A DNA stretch of 64,000 bases from Ignavibacteriota bacterium (lineage in GTDB: Bacteria; Bacteroidota; Ignavibacteria; UBA10030), in assembly GCA_963701295.1 (NCBI GenBank), contig OY969585.1:896001-960000 (forward strand). Direction: 5' to 3'. The notes beneath the pieces are model-generated. The model was given only the letters and a program-made list of their open reading frames with translations, did no database searches and was not told the origin of the DNA. Made by a program: the position numbers and the translations under genes. This document shows, in pieces, positions 62,772 to 64,000 of this stretch (the first letter of the stretch is position 1; each line of letters starts with the position of its first letter).

Positions 62772-64000
62772 TCAACTCTCTCGTATTATGAATGCAGGGG
62801 GTTGACGAAATACATGTTCCTGTGTGCCAAACAATGTAGCCGAATTTGCCCGCTCGATACGAACACCGATGTAATCGCCAACAGCATCGCCGTTTTTAGG
62901 GAATACAACCATTTTATTTGTATCGGTTCTGCCGCAGAAATCAGCTGCAGATTTTTTGCTTGGACCTTCCACAAGCACTTCTACAGTTTGACCAATCATT
63001 GTCCTATTTCGGTGTAAAGAAATATTGCGTTGAATGTCAATGACTTCGCTGAGGCGACGATTTTTCACTTCCTCCGGCACATCATCATTCATCGACCATG
63101 CTTTTGTATTCTCACGCGGAGAATACTTGAAAGTGTATGCTCCATCGTATTCCACTGTTTGAAGTAATTCGATTGTTCGTTTGTGATCATCTTCCGTTTC
63201 AGTTGGAAACCCGATTATGATGTCGGTCGAAAGACTGATTTCAGGAATTGTCTCCTTGATTCTGCGTACAAGATTGAGATATTGATCGGCTGTATATGTC
63301 CGATTCATTAATTCTAGAATTCTATCTGACCCAGATTGTACGGGCAAATGAATATAATGGCAAATATTGGACCGTGAAGCGATTATAGTAATCAGTGTGT
63401 CCGACATATCTTGAGGATGTGATGTCATGAATCGTATGCGCAAACTTTGATCAACATCGGCAACTGCTGCAAGTAAATCAGGAAAATCATATGTGCCGTC
63501 CCAATACGAATTGACATTTTGTCCAAGTAATGTTACTTCCTTAAAGCCTCTTTGTGCAACTTCTTCAACTTCCTTAAGAACATTTGCTTGCGAACGGCTT
63601 CGCTCTCGACCACGTGTAAATGGCACAACACAGAACGTGCAGAATTTATCACACCCGCGCATAATGGAAATCCAAGCGCTTAAACCCTCGGTACGAAAAG
63701 GAATAATGTCGTCGTATTTTTCTACACGTGAAAGTTTGATGGCGATTCCTTTTTCCCCTCCATGGCAGCTTCGACCAACGCGGGCAACTTGCGATATTCA
63801 TCCGGTCCAACAATAAGATCAATAAAATCTTCAGACACTATCAAATTTCTACGTACACGCTCTGCCATACACCCTAGCACTCCGATAACGACATCCGGAT
63901 TTAATTTTTTATAATGGTTAAAGTCCCCTAATCGACCTATGATTCGTTGCTCTGCATTTTCACGTACAGCACAAGTATTTATCAAAGCAACATCCGCACT
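62772..64000 (-). CDS. miaB: tRNA-2-methylthio-N6-dimethylallyladenosine synthase, 5' truncated by the window, apparent -1 frameshift near 63755
   Basis: NTCAVRENAE, GCMAER, CDKFCTFC radical-SAM motif, RGRERSR, HLPVQSGS and TRAM domain. Adding one G at gag ggg aaa aag joins the two ORFs. Confidence 0.93.

Overview
This is a core-chromosome segment of a Gram-negative bacterium. Gene content, the miaB-bEBP-lptE-TPR operon and sigma70-like promoters suggest an Ignavibacteria-like member of the Bacteroidota-Chlorobiota group (inference). Housekeeping genes include xerD, ligA, rodZ, nth, priA, waaA, larC, pfkA, rpsT, lptE, miaB and tRNA-Val(TAC). There are three functional clusters. (i) An (homo)isocitrate/isopropylmalate-type cluster: decarboxylating dehydrogenase, ICL/PEP-mutase-family lyase and LeuC/LeuD-like hydratase. 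(ii) A potassium island: a rearranged kdp operon (kdpC, two micropeptides, kdpA, kdpB, a beta-barrel, kdpD, kdpE) divergent from a KimA/YdaO-like APC transporter. (iii) A MarR/FMN-reductase/DoxX/YceI redox-stress operon. I found no transposase, prophage or cas gene. Four observations stand out: a ~955-aa UPF1/DNA2-like SF1 pseudo-helicase with every catalytic motif substituted; a 35-nt-period array of 15-nt quasi-palindromic repeats with 20-nt spacers upstream of two genes of the acid pathway; the unusual kdp architecture with unannotated micropeptides; and four single-base frameshifts at G/C runs (helicase-like gene, waaA, SPOR gene, miaB), most likely assembly errors. All family calls come from motif recognition by eye, not database searches.
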